NCBI GenBank assembly: GCA_047495785.1
Contig: JBLDXI010000055.1
Coordinates: forward strand, 682,001-746,000
Direction: 5' to 3'
DNA: 64,000 nt
Origin: Lepidodermella squamata
Taxonomy: Eukaryota > Animalia > Gastrotricha
A model generated the notes under the pieces. It searched no databases and was not told where the DNA came from. It saw nothing but the letters and a program-made list of their open reading frames with translations. A program made the translations under genes and the position numbers. This document shows, piece by piece, positions 63,311 to 64,000 of this stretch. Positions within the stretch are counted from its first letter, which is position 1. Each line of letters opens with the position of its first letter.

Positions 63311-64000
63311 ACAAACAGCCGCAAGGAATAATTATTGACGTTGTATAAAACCATATTCTAAAATGAACAAAATCCATGCATCTTCTCGAAGGCCTCCTGT
63401 ACAGTTGCAGTGGTATGGGAAGTTTGCCTATTGTAAGCTTGTCAATTTCATTTACCATAATAAATTTTTATTTACGAATAGTTAAGTATTATTATCTTTG
63501 CATATTGTTGCCTATTTTGTCGCAAATTAGGCTATTAGTTCAAATGGCCGAAACTTTACGAAACAGAGTTTGTTGATTGTCCCCGATGATTTCGTATGAT
63601 CGTGGCCAAAGCCTAAGAGCCCATTAATTATTCAGTATTAAAAAAAACAAATCGACTACTTGACGCAGGTTTTGTCACTCCTACGCATTTTCTAACTCAG
63701 TTGTCTGAAAAAATAGCAAAATCATTTGTCGGAGAGAATTGCTTTTGATTGTAGAATGCTGGCTGCATGTTGGTGGCTAGCAGTTTTGCTAGCAGGTGAG
63801 AAATTGGCCATCCTCTTTGTATTGTTTCCAGAAATATTCATTGTAATTAGCAGCCTTTATTACGTGCAACTACTACGCTGTAGCTCAAATTTGCGCCAAT
63901 GGTGTATATCAGCCTCTCCTGTCATTTACCAATACATCAACGAGAGCTTCACGATGGAATTATTACTACTTTGCTAACCTGAACAACAGCCAGCAAGATC

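Noticed and set aside
1-64000. Prokaryotic systems (CRISPR arrays, defence operons, prophage)
   Set aside because: The sequence is intron-containing animal DNA. No repeat-spacer array or bacterial-type genes were seen.

Overview
Eukaryotic (animal, probably invertebrate) genomic DNA from a compact genome. Most introns are 45-60 nt GT-AG, so the supplied ORF track breaks genes into exon fragments; I joined exons by reading splice sites by eye. Gene order: a highly divergent outer-arm-type (DNAH5/8-like) dynein heavy chain (minus, runs off the window start) with an RFX X-box upstream; a decayed non-LTR retrotransposon 3' fragment; NDUFB4; CTDSPL2; an orphan single-pass membrane protein; HMGB; the STRAD pseudokinase; an intronless orphan membrane protein; a kringle-only protein with a GPI-like tail; a convergent pair of RERG/RASL-type GTPases; a secreted sushi-domain protein; two tandem RING/TRIM-like genes 58 nt apart; two tandem intronless GABA-B-like class C GPCRs; and three tandem two-domain trypsin-like proteases (active domain plus dead domain). 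The best leads are the dynein whose AAA1 catalytic motifs look dead, the intronless GABA-B-derived receptor pair lacking GABA-binding motifs, the possible dicistronic or fused RING/TRIM unit, and the protease/pseudoprotease cluster. I found no rRNA, tRNA or CRISPR. All family calls come from motif recognition, not database searches.
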